Below the pieces are notes generated by a model. That model saw only the letters and a program-made list of their open reading frames with translations. It was not told where the DNA came from and did no database searches. A stretch of DNA of 64,000 nucleotides, from assembly GCA_036172245.1 (NCBI GenBank), contig JAYWIR010000023.1, positions 1,488,001 through 1,552,000 of the forward strand. Reading direction: 5' to 3'. Positions within the stretch are counted from its first letter, which is position 1; each line of letters begins with the position of its first letter. Below are positions 24,901 through 37,788 of this stretch, piece by piece. A program made the translations under genes and the position numbers. This DNA comes from Raillietiella orientalis. Lineage: Eukaryota.

Positions 24901-27399
24901 CAAAAACACTGGATTTTATGAAGGAAGCCCAGACCTGGAAAATTTCCTGATTTCGCAGGGCGAAGCGGGAATAAATGCCGGGAAAGTGATTTTGGCATGG
25001 AAAAAGCGTCATCATATCCCCAACTCACCCCCTCCCAAAAAAAAGATGCAAAATAAAAAAAAAAAATAGAGCCATGCAAAAGGTTCGACGACGGCCAGAT
25101 GCGCGTAGGGATCGGACCAATTTGTCCAAGAAATCCAACGGGACAACACAACCGGTTCGGTTTTTGTGAAACTGCAAGCAGAATGCAAGGACTTTTCATT
25201 TCCTGGATAATTTTAAATGTGAAGGGACAATATGCAGCCACTCTCTCATTCGGCATCCTTTTACAGCTTCACATTATTTTGCGATTTCAACATCATTGAA
25301 ATCTGCTATGTCATATTAAAAAGTCCACGTATCAGAACCTACAAATCGTATTTCACAGTTACTGTACCTTTTCATTTGACTCTGAAAGATTCAGATGCAA
25401 TGCATCTTCTTGACCCTTCATATGTAACAGAATATAATGTACTAATTTTCGTACTTTTTAATGGCATTCAAAAACCAAAAGCATGTTTCTAAGATGCAAT
25501 TGTGAACATTGTACTAAATTGCAAATGCAATATGAGTATTTTTGTGCTTATGTATTTATGTATTCATGTTACGAGGTACATACTGATAGCTAATTCTACC
25601 GAACAGGATGTGTTTTTGCTGCAATCACAGGAAATGTTAGCAACGGTCCTCGTTTGCATGGAAGGCACTGTACCGTATGAGACTCTACACAGGTCCTTCG
25701 ATGCTATTGAAGATGTGTGATGAAATACGCCGTCTTTCGATTTCACTAATTCAGTGGGGGATGACGGGTCAAGAATTGCGACTTCGACATTTCACAGTGG
25801 AGTGAGTGTAGCAGATCAACAGCGAAGCACCCGAAAGACCATAGATGAACCAGAAACTATTCTGGGTTCATGTCCTATGCACATTTGCTCATGCGCTCAT
25901 GGCAGACTGAGTGAAAGTATCATTATTTTTGCTACGCTGCATTGAGCTGGCGGCCAAGCTCCTTGATGCCACGGTGCTCATGTCTCCATGAGGGGTGTCT
26001 TTCCTTTCCTACCCAGCTGAGGTAAACTGTAACTGGTGAGACGAACTGAAAACTAAATAGTACAGAAATCCTGCATGACCTTCTCGGAATGGGGAATGTA
26101 TTAATGTATTCGAATAAAGCAAACAAAAACGAAATCATTACGTTCTGTTGTGCTTCTCTATAAGCCAAAGCACACTTTCAGTGTAGGGATCCGTGCTCTT
26201 CATCCAGAATGCAGACGTTCCTGCTGCCAGCCATCCCAACTCGGCTGCCATTTCTATTCGTTTCTGGATGTTTTCAAATCACTTTGACTGTTCTAGAAAG
26301 CTGGAAAAGGACCAGGATGACTACATCTCCTCAGTTTCTTTCAGTCAAACATAACTGTTTACTGGCTAGAGTTCTGCAGCTCCAAGCTCCAGCCAAGCAC
26401 CCGCGTGTAAAAAAAGGCAAAGGCCCTGTCCTTTGATTGCCTTAGAACAAACAGAATTCTTCACCTGTTCCTGCTCCGTCAAGAAAGAATAAGATTCCTA
26501 TTTAAAGGCGCTTTTGTAAAGTTCTTCCCGTCGTTCAGTATTGGATTCATCTCTTTGATTCTGTATTTGCCCAACGTTTCCAAGGAATTCAGTCTATTGA
26601 AAAGAGTGAATTCGAAGGTTCGTTCGGGTGGTATAGCAGGGCTGAAGAAAATGACGACTTAAAAAAAAAAAAAAAAAATAGTACAGTGAACTCTTGAGCT
26701 TATTGAAATGAGAGGCTATCACTTCCTCCCGACAAAATCATACTGCAGGTGGGAATAATGGGGCGCACCTATGCTAGGATGTCTGATGAAAAAATCATCC
26801 ATGAACTAAATTTATGAGATAAAACATGCTTCGTTATCTCTTGTTTGTCCCTCTAATATTAAAGTTCATCTTCCCAGCAAGCAACAAAGCATTCTACAAA
26901 AGTTCAATAAACATCGAATAGAAGTTCTACTTTTTTCAGGGGATCTTGCAAACCAAAAAGTTGATGTGCATGTCTCTTTGCTTTTTTTCCCAATATTTCA
27001 TTAAATTTTTCGAATTAGCAGCAACAGTCGGACATCTCAACGAGAACCTCCGAACAGATCAACTGCTCAAGGGTCCCAAGCAGACCATCGTCCAAGGAAG
27101 GGCAACTTGAATTCCTTGCTATGTTAAGACACCGCTGCACGACTCATCATCATTGAATCCAGTGCTCTTGAACGAGGCAGAGTTGAAGTACAGACACATC
27201 GTACACTGAAGAGTGCATTCGTTTTCGTGGATACAGGTCGCAGAGTACCAAAAGTTCATCCTACCATTAATCTACGATTCAATTTTTGGAATTTTCGCGT
27301 CGGGGGATTTCGCTCTGTACAGGAGTGATGAACTGCCTCCGCGGCATCAGAAGCCGATTTATCCGGACGTGTGGAGTCATCCCCAGAGGAGAAACCATC

Positions 27400-28000
27400 C
27401 TTCTTCCCTGGTCGGAACGATCTGAGTTTGTGTAGAGCCGAGAGATTCCATTCAGCTCATTGGAAATCCACACCGCTTGCAGCCACCGAAAATTCCGTTG
27501 TCACGAATCTCTACGGGGGAATCGGGGATCATCCTGGGGGGCTTGAAACCTGACGGTCCTCAGGATCTCGGGATCCAACACTTGCTGAACTTTCAAAATG
27601 CATCCGACTGCTGCAAATTTGCATTGAGAAAAAATGAAATAAAATCATCATCAGGATTTCTCAAATTCCCACCAGATTCTTTTTACTTTGCCCAACGTTT
27701 CAAAGGACACGTCTCCATAGGCACTCGCGCCCCAAATATCGTTCCATGCCCCAGCACGTTGGCCCCCGAATCCGCCCATCAAAGAAAAGCTTTCCAGTGT
27801 GGTCAGCACGTGTTCACCGGACGCTCTCCGTGACTTCGAGAATTTCCGAGCCATTGAGTAGGCAGAGGAAAGCACGCCGCTAATGATCTGCAAGAGGAGA
27901 TCCTCGTGCATTTGCTTCTTTGATGGAGCGCATCCAAAATACCACCAGGCCGAAAGAGGAAGAGGTCGTTGTTCTTATAATCCTCCCGACTCCACTTCGT
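27400..28000 (-). mobile_element. decayed non-LTR reverse transcriptase (domains 4-6)
   Basis: CLLNGSEILEVTESVR (cf. VNG....F.V.RGVRQG) followed by ASAYGDVS..KVKRIWWEFEKS (cf. SAYADDV). Confidence 0.6.
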
Positions 28001-28619
28001 GATTTCCGAGAGACCGCCGCTCACTGTCCATCAATGCAGAGATGCACTCGCAGCAAATAAGGGAAACAACTGCAAAAGGTCATCTGAAAAAAAACACAAG
28101 ATGAGGGAGATAGCTTGAGCTACAAATTCCCGTTTGAGAAACACTGGAACAAAACGTTCGTGCACTCGAGGGAGGGGCGGCATCCTGTTTCTTCCACCGG
28201 AAGACGCATGCCCATGCTAAGTAGCTTTCCCATAAAGCGATGGCCATCAAGTGAACTTGAAGATGAGTGATCGCCTTTCAAAGCATCAAAAACCTGCATT
28301 CATTATCATCATCATCGTCCAGCCACTGAAAAGCATATTTGGGATGGGATTCAGTAAGGTTTCCAGAGGATCCGAAAATACAAAATACAAAATCAGGAGA
28401 ACGCGAGGATCTGCCAAGGATTCGTTCGGAATCCTCATTGCCCGCTGAAGCCTCGGATGCTGCTTTGGGCGGAGCGTCAGCGTCAGAATACATCCACTCC
28501 GTTCGCGGTGGTTGCTACTTGACCCAGTCAGAGTGCCCCGAAGGAACCCACCTTCGACGAGTAACATCCCCTGGAAACGAGACTGATGGTGTCAATCCAG
28601 GTGAAGCCGACCACGACCC

Positions 28620-29070
28620 CTCTTTGGTACCACTCCTTCCGGAGGACGCCGCCAAGGACTTGCTGCGACGATTCTTCGCGCGCCGCAGCGGGCTCCTGAG
28701 AGGCTCCGTAGCTGCCACGACGCGTTGCATCCGATGCACCATCGCCTCAGCCCGCCGTGCGCTGGAGTCCTGGAGAAGGGAGGTCACCCGCATCGCAGGC
28801 GCCCCCATGAGGATGGCTGCAAGGTGGTCTCATCTCGAAGAAGATGTCAGGTCGGAGATCGCTCCCACTCTGCTCCGGCGCTGAGACAGGATGAGCGTCC
28901 AATAATGAAGACCCCTGGCCTTGCCCTCTCTTTATTTATTTATGTAGTGTCCCCTCCTTTTTTGCTGCGCACTGCCCGAGTAACTGAACCGCGTGTCGGT
29001 GAACCCAGGAACTCCCTTTTGTGTTTCTGTTTTGGGGGCCGTGTCCCCGACCTGTTTCTTTGTTTCTCCT
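28620..29070 (+). mobile_element. family A retroelement extreme 3' end and 3' UTR
   Basis: EDAAKDLLRRFFARRSG..GSVAATT..RWSHLEEDVRSEI matches GDTARDLMRRFFTPGG..GAVAAT..EWAHLPESVRREI. The 3' UTR aagacccctg..gtcccctcc..cgtgtcgg is shared. Confidence 0.82.
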
Positions 29071-29199
29071 AAAGACAGGCGCTCCGTTCGAGCGATTTGA
29101 CCAAACGCTGCAGATGGCGCTGGAATCAGGAAAAAAAAACAACGAAGGGATCACGTAAAGAAAGTATGGGGAGAAATCTTACGTAGCCTCCATCTCTTC

Positions 29200-30000
29200 C
29201 ACCTTTGGCCCGTTCAACGTCGCCCATGCTTTAAACGCGGTTGCGTCGGGAATCTGTGGATTCCCCCGGAGAACTTCGAGGCCCGTGCTTTCTGGTCTGC
29301 ACCTCTGTCCTCTTTCGGAACAGGCATACCGCTATCCTGACGGGTGCGCTGGGATCTCTCCCGAAACGAGAAACGCTTCCACGCCTCGGCTCGATGGCGG
29401 ACAGCGTGCCCAAGGAACGCCCCCGCTGCAGGAAAGTAAAGATACTCCCACACGTACTGTGGGAATGCGGGAGGCTGCGTCAGAGACGGGAGAGAGTCGT
29501 TCTGGCACTTTAGCTCCGTAGTGCCACTGCAAAAGACCTCTTCAGAGAGATGCTCACGGGGTGCGCTTGCCGGTCGCCTCGGCGCGGACGATTCCCTACC
29601 ACGTGCGAGCAGCGGTGGCTGGAGGGAGGAGGAATGTGGCCAGCATCCCGAAGAGCCGTTTGCAATCGCCATCGCCAGCATGCGAAGGGGGATGGAATGA
29701 CCCAATGTGGGAGGTACGAGCGGACTTTCGAACGATTGTGGACAGTCTAACCCCAAAACCAGTGAGAGCGTCCCCTCCACCTATACTGTCCCTTTCCTGC
29801 CCGAGGCAGTTCCTCGGGAAGCAAATGGGATAGCATGAGATCAGTCCATCCGATTTCCTATTGATTTATTTATTCATTGTCCCCTTCCTCCCTAGTTCCG
29901 TCTCCTGCGAGGGCGCTCCCTTTGGGTCCGGGCGACACACGTCAGCCCTTCTCTGCCTTCGACTGCGTACTTTTGATTTACTTCCAAATATCCGAGATGA
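29200..30000 (+). mobile_element. L1/Tx1-type 3' fragment (family A-related)
   Basis: RPRCRKVKILPHVLWECGRLR..ATAKDLFR (decayed zinc knuckle), followed by a pyrimidine-rich UTR. Lies tail-to-tail with the next element. Confidence 0.7.
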
Positions 30001-30003
30001 TAA

Positions 30004-31029
30004 GGTCACGCCGGGGCGTCCATTCAGAATAAACAAACACGCATTCACGTGTCTTAGACAATTCGGAGAACGGTCAACACGTAGGTCAGCCACCGACACG
30101 TAGGTCGGTGGCTGATGCGGTTAGTAGGAAGTGGTTAAGCGAGCAACGAACAAATAAAAATAAATCAATCAGTAAATACATTATGAGGGACGGGGAAACA
30201 CCAGGTGCAAAGGCTTATGGGTCTCAGGGAAATGGGGGAGAGGGGAGCAAAGGACCCTCCCCTTCCCTGCTTGAGACAGGCTCCCGGGAATCAAATGGAA
30301 AACCGCGAGGTCGGTCCATGCCATTCCCTATTTATTTATTTCTCTTTGTCCAGCATCCAGCAGGAAGATCTACTGGGAACAGCAGGCTGGCAGGCCTTCC
30401 GGATGATCGAGAGAAAATCGACATAGTCGGGTCTGTTTCACCAAAGACTCCATGCCATTCCCTATTTATTTGTTTGTTTATTCGTTATTCCCCCCCCCCC
30501 CTGCTCCTCCCAGGGTCAGCGGGTTTCTGTGCAGAGTTTTCCTTATGGCCTCCTCTCAGCCCGGGAAGCATCCTCCTCGATCGCGGGAGGGAGACGAGGC
30601 CATCTTGCCATTCTTCGCACCACAGGGTGGGACGAAGCAAACGACCATCCCTCCGGCGGCTACTCGCGAGCGCCACTCCAGTGCATCACGGTGTCTCCAG
30701 AGTCCCCGCGGAAGCCGCTGAGGGGAGCCCTCCGGGTGCAGGAGGGCTTCGCCGTTCCTGTAGGAGAAGAGACGGGCGGAGGTCCAAGATTGCTCGGCTC
30801 TTCGGAAGGCTCACCTCTGTTGTTCAAGCGCCCAGACCTCTTTGCGGCATCCAGGGGTCCTCACTGTTGAGCCATGCCTGCTTGCTGGAGTCTCGAAGTT
30901 GCTCGAGGCTAAGGATCGGTGGTCTCCTTCTGGAGACCCGACTATGTCGATTTTCTCTCGATCATCCGGAAGGTCTGCCAGCCTAGCATTCCCAGTAGAT
31001 CTCCCTGCTGGATGCTGGACAAAGAGAAA
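30004..31029 (-). mobile_element. family A-related fragment with 3' UTR and an internal inverted duplication
   Basis: LPRGLWR.. and LLRPTLWCEEWQDGL resemble the family C-terminus. UTR hairpin at 30086-30115 and terminal GACGCCCCGGCGTGACC. Confidence 0.65.
30339..31029. repeat. inverted repeat, arms 30339-30434 and 30934-31029
   Basis: About 96-bp arms that are reverse complements with only a handful of mismatches. Identical 23-bp direct repeats TCCATGCCATTCCCTATTTATTT lie at 30315-30337 and 30449-30471. Confidence 0.95.
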
Positions 31030-31069
31030 GAAAGAAAAGGAAAAAAGAAGCGCTCAGAGGGCCCCGATA

Positions 31070-31380
31070 GAAAAAGGCTAGATACAAAGGCTCTGCGCCG
31101 TCTCCATGTCAACGAAGGAGGTTCGGCAAAACCGCCCGAGCCTCCCTGGTAGACTCCCCAAGATGCAAGCTGGGGATTCTGCGACCGTAGCCCGATTAAA
31201 TGAGGCACCTTACAGTTGCCTCCAGCATCCAGTATCGCCGGGGTATCTGTTGGAGCTGCAGGCTGGGACTGATGAAGAAAGCCAGCGGATGCATCGGCGA
31301 GCTCACGTCAGCCGGCGCAGATGCAGATGGAGGCTTTTCGGGGACCTCATGCGCGCGGGACGAAAGTGGATGCGAGGAGG
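31070..31380 (+). mobile_element. L1/Tx1-type thumb-region fragment
   Basis: ARASLVDSPRCKLGILR resembles LAAPRRDAGLGIL. The segment tccagcatccag..gcaggctgg is a diverged homolog of the inverted-repeat arm. Confidence 0.5.
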
Positions 31381-31439
31381 AAGATCATAAAAAAAAAAAA
31401 AAAAAAACGGCTCCCTCGGCATCCCATGCGATCCCGGAA

Positions 31440-31913
31440 TCGATCAATAAAAGGGCCGTTTGGAGCGCGCACTCGGAATTTCCAACTCTTGAAGAGCAGC
31501 GTGGTACTCGGAATCCCCAGGATCCCAGCGAGACCCGACGACGATCTCGTGGAACCGACTCGTGAGCTCCCGGAAACGGAAGAAGGCGCGCGTGGTTCCC
31601 GCGCTTTCCCGCCTCCCGAACACCCCCGGCGTTCTTCCGAATGGGCAGCATCATCCCGTCCGTCGAGTACCACGAACCGTCTCCGTTCCCTTCCTCCGGG
31701 CGAAGTAGGGCAGCGAAGACGCCGTCTCGCAGCGTACCGCGCGCGGTCCTCCTCGAAACGCAGCCGATGACGTCAGCGCTCGGTCGTGTTGACAACGGTC
31801 GCCTCGAACCTGCGGCGAATTAAAGCCGGAGTAGCACACCCTCGTGGAGGTGGTCCGAATCGAGAAGGGGATGCAGACGGAGTCCGAGGCGGGGAGCGCG
31901 CGCGGCCATCTTG
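31440..31913 (-). mobile_element. probable 5' end and ORF1 remnant of a Tx1/L1-type element
   Basis: CpG-rich block starting CAAGATGGCCGC (YY1-type motif typical of L1 5' ends). ADVIGCVSRRTARGTLRDGVF resembles the ORF1 RRM-like motif of Tx1-type elements. Confidence 0.4.
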
Positions 31914-32379
31914 AATCGAGTAAAATGGAACAACAGCGCGTCGGCTTCCGGTTTTCGGGGTAATCTGCTACCTGTGTAGGTGGTTCCGTCGACACGTGCA
32001 TTGCTCAGGATGCACTCGGAAAACCCATTCATCTTTTTCAGGGCTCTTCAGGGTTCTTCCAGCGCAGATGTGAACGGCTTGGACAAACAGTTTTTCTGGA
32101 TTTTTTTTTTTTTTTTCTCTTTTAGGGATGACAACATAGCAGTTATTCCTTGAGTCACGAAACTATCAGGGACTTTTAAACAACTTGTATATCATTTATT
32201 GTTTTCCTTAACAGCATCCCTTCGTTCGAAGGGAGGCCTTTGTTTTTTTTCTTTTTTGTGTGTGTGGGTGGGGTGGAGTGGGGGGGGTGCTTTGTTTCGG
32301 TGGTGTATTTCATGGCATTATCAAGAGTGTGAAATCTTGTACACATGGAATCAATGCATTAGTGATGATGGAAATAAAT

Positions 32380-33457
32380 AATTCAACGGTAGGCGACTGG
32401 AGCTCAACAGCCAGCAAGGGGGAACTCCGGCTCATGATCTATGGTGAAACATCTTCATTGGAATTAAGGAAGCTGCTAAGAGCAAAGGATTTGCATTGGT
32501 TTAAATCGAAGAGCTGCTCTCGGATGAAATGTGGATTTCGACACGTGCAATCCAATCACGTAGGGATTTAGGATTCGAAAACACGAATTCTTTTGTTCTC
32601 AGGGATACGTAGACCTGCGTGGTGAGAGATGGGAACACTGGAAAATCATGCTGGGGCTGAATCCTATGGTCAGCATCGACCATGGGACTCTCATGCCTAA
32701 TGTGTAAATCGGCGCAGGCACAAAACTGGGTGAATACGAGAAAAGGACCTGAGAAACTAGATGGGTAGACTGAGCGAGGGATCGTTCCGGGAAGAGAAGC
32801 GAACATCCAAGCCTCTTCCGTGAGGGAATTGCAATTCTGTCTGGGAGCTGTCCATATAAAAGCGGAACGCAACAGAAAGGCGACAAAGGAATCATAGATG
32901 CGAACGGCGCAGCTCTCCAGAAATCAAACGGAACGCCGGAATTGCGAAGGCGTTTTTAGAAAACAGGAAGAGGAGGATGGGGCAAGACTCAACGAGACTC
33001 CAGCAAAGCGACAACAACGGCTGGACGAGAATAGAGACCAGCCAGGAGTGTTCAAGGCGACAAATTACTTGCCAGAAGTAACACGCCAGGCCGTTCGAGG
33101 GGAAGGCTGGTCGTCTGTGCACCCACAGCTTCGCTTACCAATGGAGAAGCTTCGATTACCGACAGACAACCCAGTTGGCTCCATCTGCTTTCACAGACAG
33201 CTGCTTCCATCTCCAATACTCCCACCCGAGCATCTTCACAACGATGCCCGCGGTGCCACCAAGCAGCTGTTGCTTCATGTCATGACCTTCCGGCTTACGC
33301 TGCCCGAAGCAACTTTCCCTGTGTATGCACTTTGCGCTCGCCTAAGCCGACATCGAGATGCATCGCGTCACCGATTGCGTTCCAATTCCATAAATAAGTG
33401 TCTGCACTTCATCTTGACTCGTCACACTGCTTGATTTCATCACCGGGTCGTGACCAG
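32380..33457 (+). mobile_element. decayed L1/Tx1-type ORF2 3' half
   Basis: Ordered weak motifs DWSSTASK.., EFFCSQG..MLGL, GWSSVHPQL..EKLRL and PEHLHND. Ends near ccgggtcgtgacc. Confidence 0.45.
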
Positions 33458-33649
33458 AAAAGTCTTCATACACCCTTGTTACCCCTTTTTTTCTTGCTTT
33501 CCATGTAGCCCAAATCTAAGAAAATCTCTCCCTTAGAGCTGGTAGGAGAAAAAGCAAAACATTAAAGGACGAGAAGGACAATTCACGCTGTGTTCACTGC
33601 TAAGATGTCTGCCGGGATTTCGGTCCACGAACAATTTTGGTTTCTTCCT

Positions 33650-34600
33650 TCGGTTTCCCCAACTTTGCTGAAGGCGCAGTCGGACGCAGTCTGCTGCCGT
33701 TACCATCGATCAGATTTTCCCGCGCGAATGGCTTAGATAGAGATTTTCGATCGTGAAGAAGAGGGAAGTCTTCCTCTTCCACTTCATTCGCCAACTGACC
33801 TGTGATCAGAGTTCATTTCTCCCAGAACTGCTGGATAAGAAATCTTCGGCTCGACTTCGTTCCATCCCTGGATCTTAAGAAATTGTCTCCTCAATGACCA
33901 CTACTGGGTTACCCTGTTCACTCTGCCGGATCAGTTGAACGCTCGACCTTCGGCCGAGATTCGCAGCTGAGGAAGGCAAGCAGCTCGTATCGCCTCCAGC
34001 TCCACCTGGTTGGTAACTTGCGACCCACCCTTCCAGCCTTATTCCTCTCCTCTCTGTATTGAAATAAACGATGGGCAAATGTTTTGGATTCCTCAAGAGG
34101 TCCATCACATGTAGATCAGAATGGAACACCCTGAAAAAGGAGAATCACCTTTACAAGTATCAGGTACTGATGGAGATCCCATCAGTCGCTTCTCGAGCCT
34201 TATCTCTTGTCACTTGTCGATCAGCACCGTAACAAAAGATGAGAATCCTTCGTGGGCGCGCAAGCACCCAAGAAGGTTTCCCGAGGGTTTCTTTTGCAGC
34301 TTTTGCCTGCTTCTCGAGGTGGCGACGCAAGTGATGATCAGCTGCTTCCTCACTCAACGAGAGCGAAGAAGGAGCTTTTCGTGAAAGATCCGCCCCCTCC
34401 GCGTTCCCTCGCTTGGCCAGCTTGGTCAGCCATTTTCCTATGCGTCTCTTCCACTCATCCGTTCAGCCTCTTACCATTCGGATGCGTGATGGATGCTGTT
34501 GAGACCAGCGCCTCGTCCGACCAAGGGGACCCTCCGGCCTTCTTAAGCAATCAGGGACCGAACTGCTACTGCTGCTCTTTCCTCAGCTTCCGCCACAAGC
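33650..34600 (-). mobile_element. decayed non-LTR reverse transcriptase (domains 0-3)
   Basis: ATDGISI (cf. GPDGI), LEGWVASYQPG..DTSCLP..ANL (cf. WRPISLLN.DYKILAK.LANRL) and QLIRQSEQG (cf. LIHPDQTGF). Confidence 0.55.
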
Positions 34601-34829
34601 TCCTTCGTTAGGCACGTCGTCTTGTTGCTCTCGATTGAAGCGTCTCTCTTTCTCAAGAGGCAGACAAGAGAGATGACGAAGCATCTCCGTCTTTGTTCAG
34701 CATGTCTTGGTCCGGAAGCTCTTCACAAATTCGACCAGAACTCATGGAAGCCTTCCTATTGCTAGGAATGCATCGTGAATTCGACGGATCCGCTGGATTG
34801 GAATCATTTCGTTTACGTTGGTGCTGTTT

Positions 34830-35338
34830 ACATCGGGAACCCTCGGCAACTCTGTGCACCTGACGGGTGCTCCAGAACTTTCTTTGCCGGAGGGAACCTG
34901 CATGGGAACCGCTCCTTGTTTCCTCGGAAGAGAACTTCAAGTTCTCTGAAGAGAACTTGAAGAAATGCTGCCCAATTTTCTCTGAAGGGTGCCCCCTGAA
35001 GGGAGAATCTCGCTCCTTGAAACTCTGGAGAGTTATCAAGCAGCTTCCTGGTACTCGATGGATGGACGGCTCCATTTGCACAACCCGAAGGGCTCCTTGA
35101 TTCCTCGGAGGACCCGGACAGTCAACTTCCAATCTCGGCCAGTCAGTGGGGCATCCAACAGTATTGCACTACAAACCTTTAGGTCAACCAGCGCCATCCT
35201 GCCAGGAGGGGGGGAACTTGTAACCCGCGACACACCCATTTCTCTGGGGTCGATCCTTCGACGCTTGCGGTCGCGCGCGGAGACCCCGCAGCCGCACGGC
35301 CTCTAACGCGAGCATTCCAACGCGAGAATGTTGTTACA
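34830..35338 (-). repeat. dispersed repeat B copy
   Basis: Shares ggatcgac..aaatgggtg, gatggcgctggttg, ggatgcccc, gaatcaaggag and cacccttcagagaaa with the other copies. Begins TGTAAC. Confidence 0.75.
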
Positions 35339-37750
35339 ATCGTAACCAAGTGCGTTATCCCAGCAACGCATCTTAGGAGTTTGCATCTTAAACAAATGCT
35401 CGGAAAAAAGGGGGTCGGGGAACAGTTCGCACCACCTCTGTTAATCGGAATGCAATGCCGAAGAGGTGGAAAGGCATACCTACTCACAGGGACCGGTCTC
35501 TAGATCTATTCCTCCTTGTGATCGACTGTCATGCACATAGGATGCTCCCATTGCATCCTTCTCTGCAGTGGACCTCCAGGATACCCCTGAAGCATTTGCT
35601 ACTTCTCCGAAATCTGCGCCGATAGTGGAGGCTGCAGACCAACGTTGAAACCCTTCTTTGCTCACCGTGGAGATCCTTCTGCTCTCTGCTGCCTGAGAAA
35701 GTTGCTGTTGGACGATGGCGAAAGGTCAGAAAGCGGGAGGGACGCTATCCCGAAGGCTGGGTATAGGCTCGACGCTTAAGCGCCGACCATCTTCAGGACC
35801 GGTTGCTTCGGCAGGTGCATCTCTGCACACCTTTCGGCGGATGCCGACTTCCGTAGACAACGTTCGATTCATCCCACAGTGCAAGTCCCGCACACCGAAA
35901 GTGGCCCACTTGGAGGCGCCCGTGGATCCGGCAGTCCGAGTTTCGGCATTCGAGCGGGTCGGACTTCTCACCTATCTAAAGTTTAAGGATAGGTCGGGGT
36001 CATTTCAGCCACCGGACTAATAATCTTTCGCTCTACCGGACTAGACTCCCCTCTTCCCTTCCATTTCAACGTGAGCCCGCTATTCCGAAAGACACTTTGC
36101 AGGGAACCGGACAGTAGGTACTGGTTTCGTCTTTTGCCCCCTGCACTCAGCTCCCACAACCAATCTTTACGCGTTCGGGGTCGCTGCAAACCTCCGCTAG
36201 AATTTCCTTTGGTTTCGTGCTGACCAGTATGGTCCACCGTCTGTTTACCGGAGTATGCCTGGCTCCTCGTAGAAAGAATGGCATTGGGTTCCCTGGGCCA
36301 CTTTTCGTCGCAGTCAGAAGTGCCAACTCATAAATCAGTGCACCTTCATTTTTAATCTCTAATTCTGAGTTACGAGCGGAGACTGCCAGCATTTCTCGAG
36401 TTTCTCGTTTTGTTTATTTACTTGTTTATTTTCACTCATTGTGGACGGCCAAGTGAAATGGATCCAGGAGCAGTTGGCAATTCGGTAACTTGTTTTCTTG
36501 GAGTAATCCCTAAATAACTCTGCACTCATCTTGGATGCAGAGAGCACGTTGCTTCTTCTCCTTCCGGCACAAGGAATTTCCAATCTCCATCAGGTGTGAA
36601 GCTGCCAGATCTGCTCCACTTCCCCGAGCTACGGCTGAGGTGCCTGAGTTACTTCCAGGACACACCCTGGATCCCCAGTACATCTCGGAAATTTCGAAAA
36701 TCTCCTTTTCCTCCTGAAGGCAGTGGACGAATCTCAGGTCCTGAATCCTGTTAGGATGAGGAAGACAATCTTAAGAAGGAAGAAAGGCCCAGTGCGGAAA
36801 CCGTTATCAATCAATTCGAGGAGCAGCAAGTTGTTTCACTCGGCAAAAGAGGCGCTGCGAGGAAGTGGCGCTCAGCAAGGAGGCATCGCGCGGGAAGATG
36901 GCGCCAGCCGTGCAGACGCGACGCGAAAAGTCGCATTTCGGAGGCGCCTCAAAGAAACGAACGCTCCGGCCGCACCGAATCTGCTGGATTTCGACCGCAG
37001 GCGGCAACCACGCCGAAGATCGGAGCAGCACGAATAACTGTGGGCTACTTCTTCGGTAACAAAGTGGCGAATGCCTTCCCGGGAGCGCATCCACTTTGGA
37101 AAGATGAGATAGGAATGCTCCCTATCTCATTAGAAAAAAGCAGGGATCCTTGTATCGAAAGCGGCACCGAACTCCTGGTTGAAGTTTGTGTGCGGTGTGC
37201 CCCTAAACTGTCCTCTTTCTTACCTTCCCTATTGCTTTGCTCCAAGAGCTTCAGTAGGAATTTCCTGTCCGTGCACAGAAAATTTCGAATCCATTTATCC
37301 TTATTTTCAGCCCCGAACTCTCCCTCGGTTGCTAAGAAGCAGCCCAGCTAATTGACTGGTACCACCTGTCTGAAGGAGGTTCCCTGTTCGCGGGAATGAT
37401 TCATCACACATGAGAGCTGACCATTCAGATACGGATTGCTCACATCGTTTTCTATCTGTAGGTCTTTGACCACGAAACCTCCTGACTCCTGTGTTCAACT
37501 TCAGGGACCAACGTGGCACGCCCTTTCTTATAATGCAATTGTCGGATGCTTGCATGGAAAGTCCTCTCTCTGGCAGATGCGGATAACAAGATGACGGCCG
37601 GCCCGCGATGCCTTGCTTCCCTTTCCCTCCCGTGTTCGCGCCAGTGGCACACTCACGCAGATGAGGTTCGGCTCGATGCCATCCCACGTCGTCTGACTAA
37701 CCCTTCACTCCCACAAGCAATACGTTACGTTCTTGTTCATCTTCCAAAGA

Positions 37751-37785
<35 letters not shown>

Positions 37786-37788
37786 CTC
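37751..37788. repeat. (CT)n microsatellite
   Basis: Visible CT dinucleotide tract. Confidence 0.9.

Noticed and set aside
25606..25945. Exon-like frame with YETLHRSF (NACHT winged-helix-like)
   Set aside because: Only one weak motif, tandem in-frame stops, and no P-loop found nearby.
30108..30986. 292-aa ORF
   Set aside because: It is antisense read-through of a retroelement fragment and the inverted repeat, with no domain motifs.
30339..31029. MITE or DNA transposon defined by terminal inverted repeats
   Set aside because: The arms are retroelement coding sequence, and the direct repeats flank only the left arm, not the whole unit.
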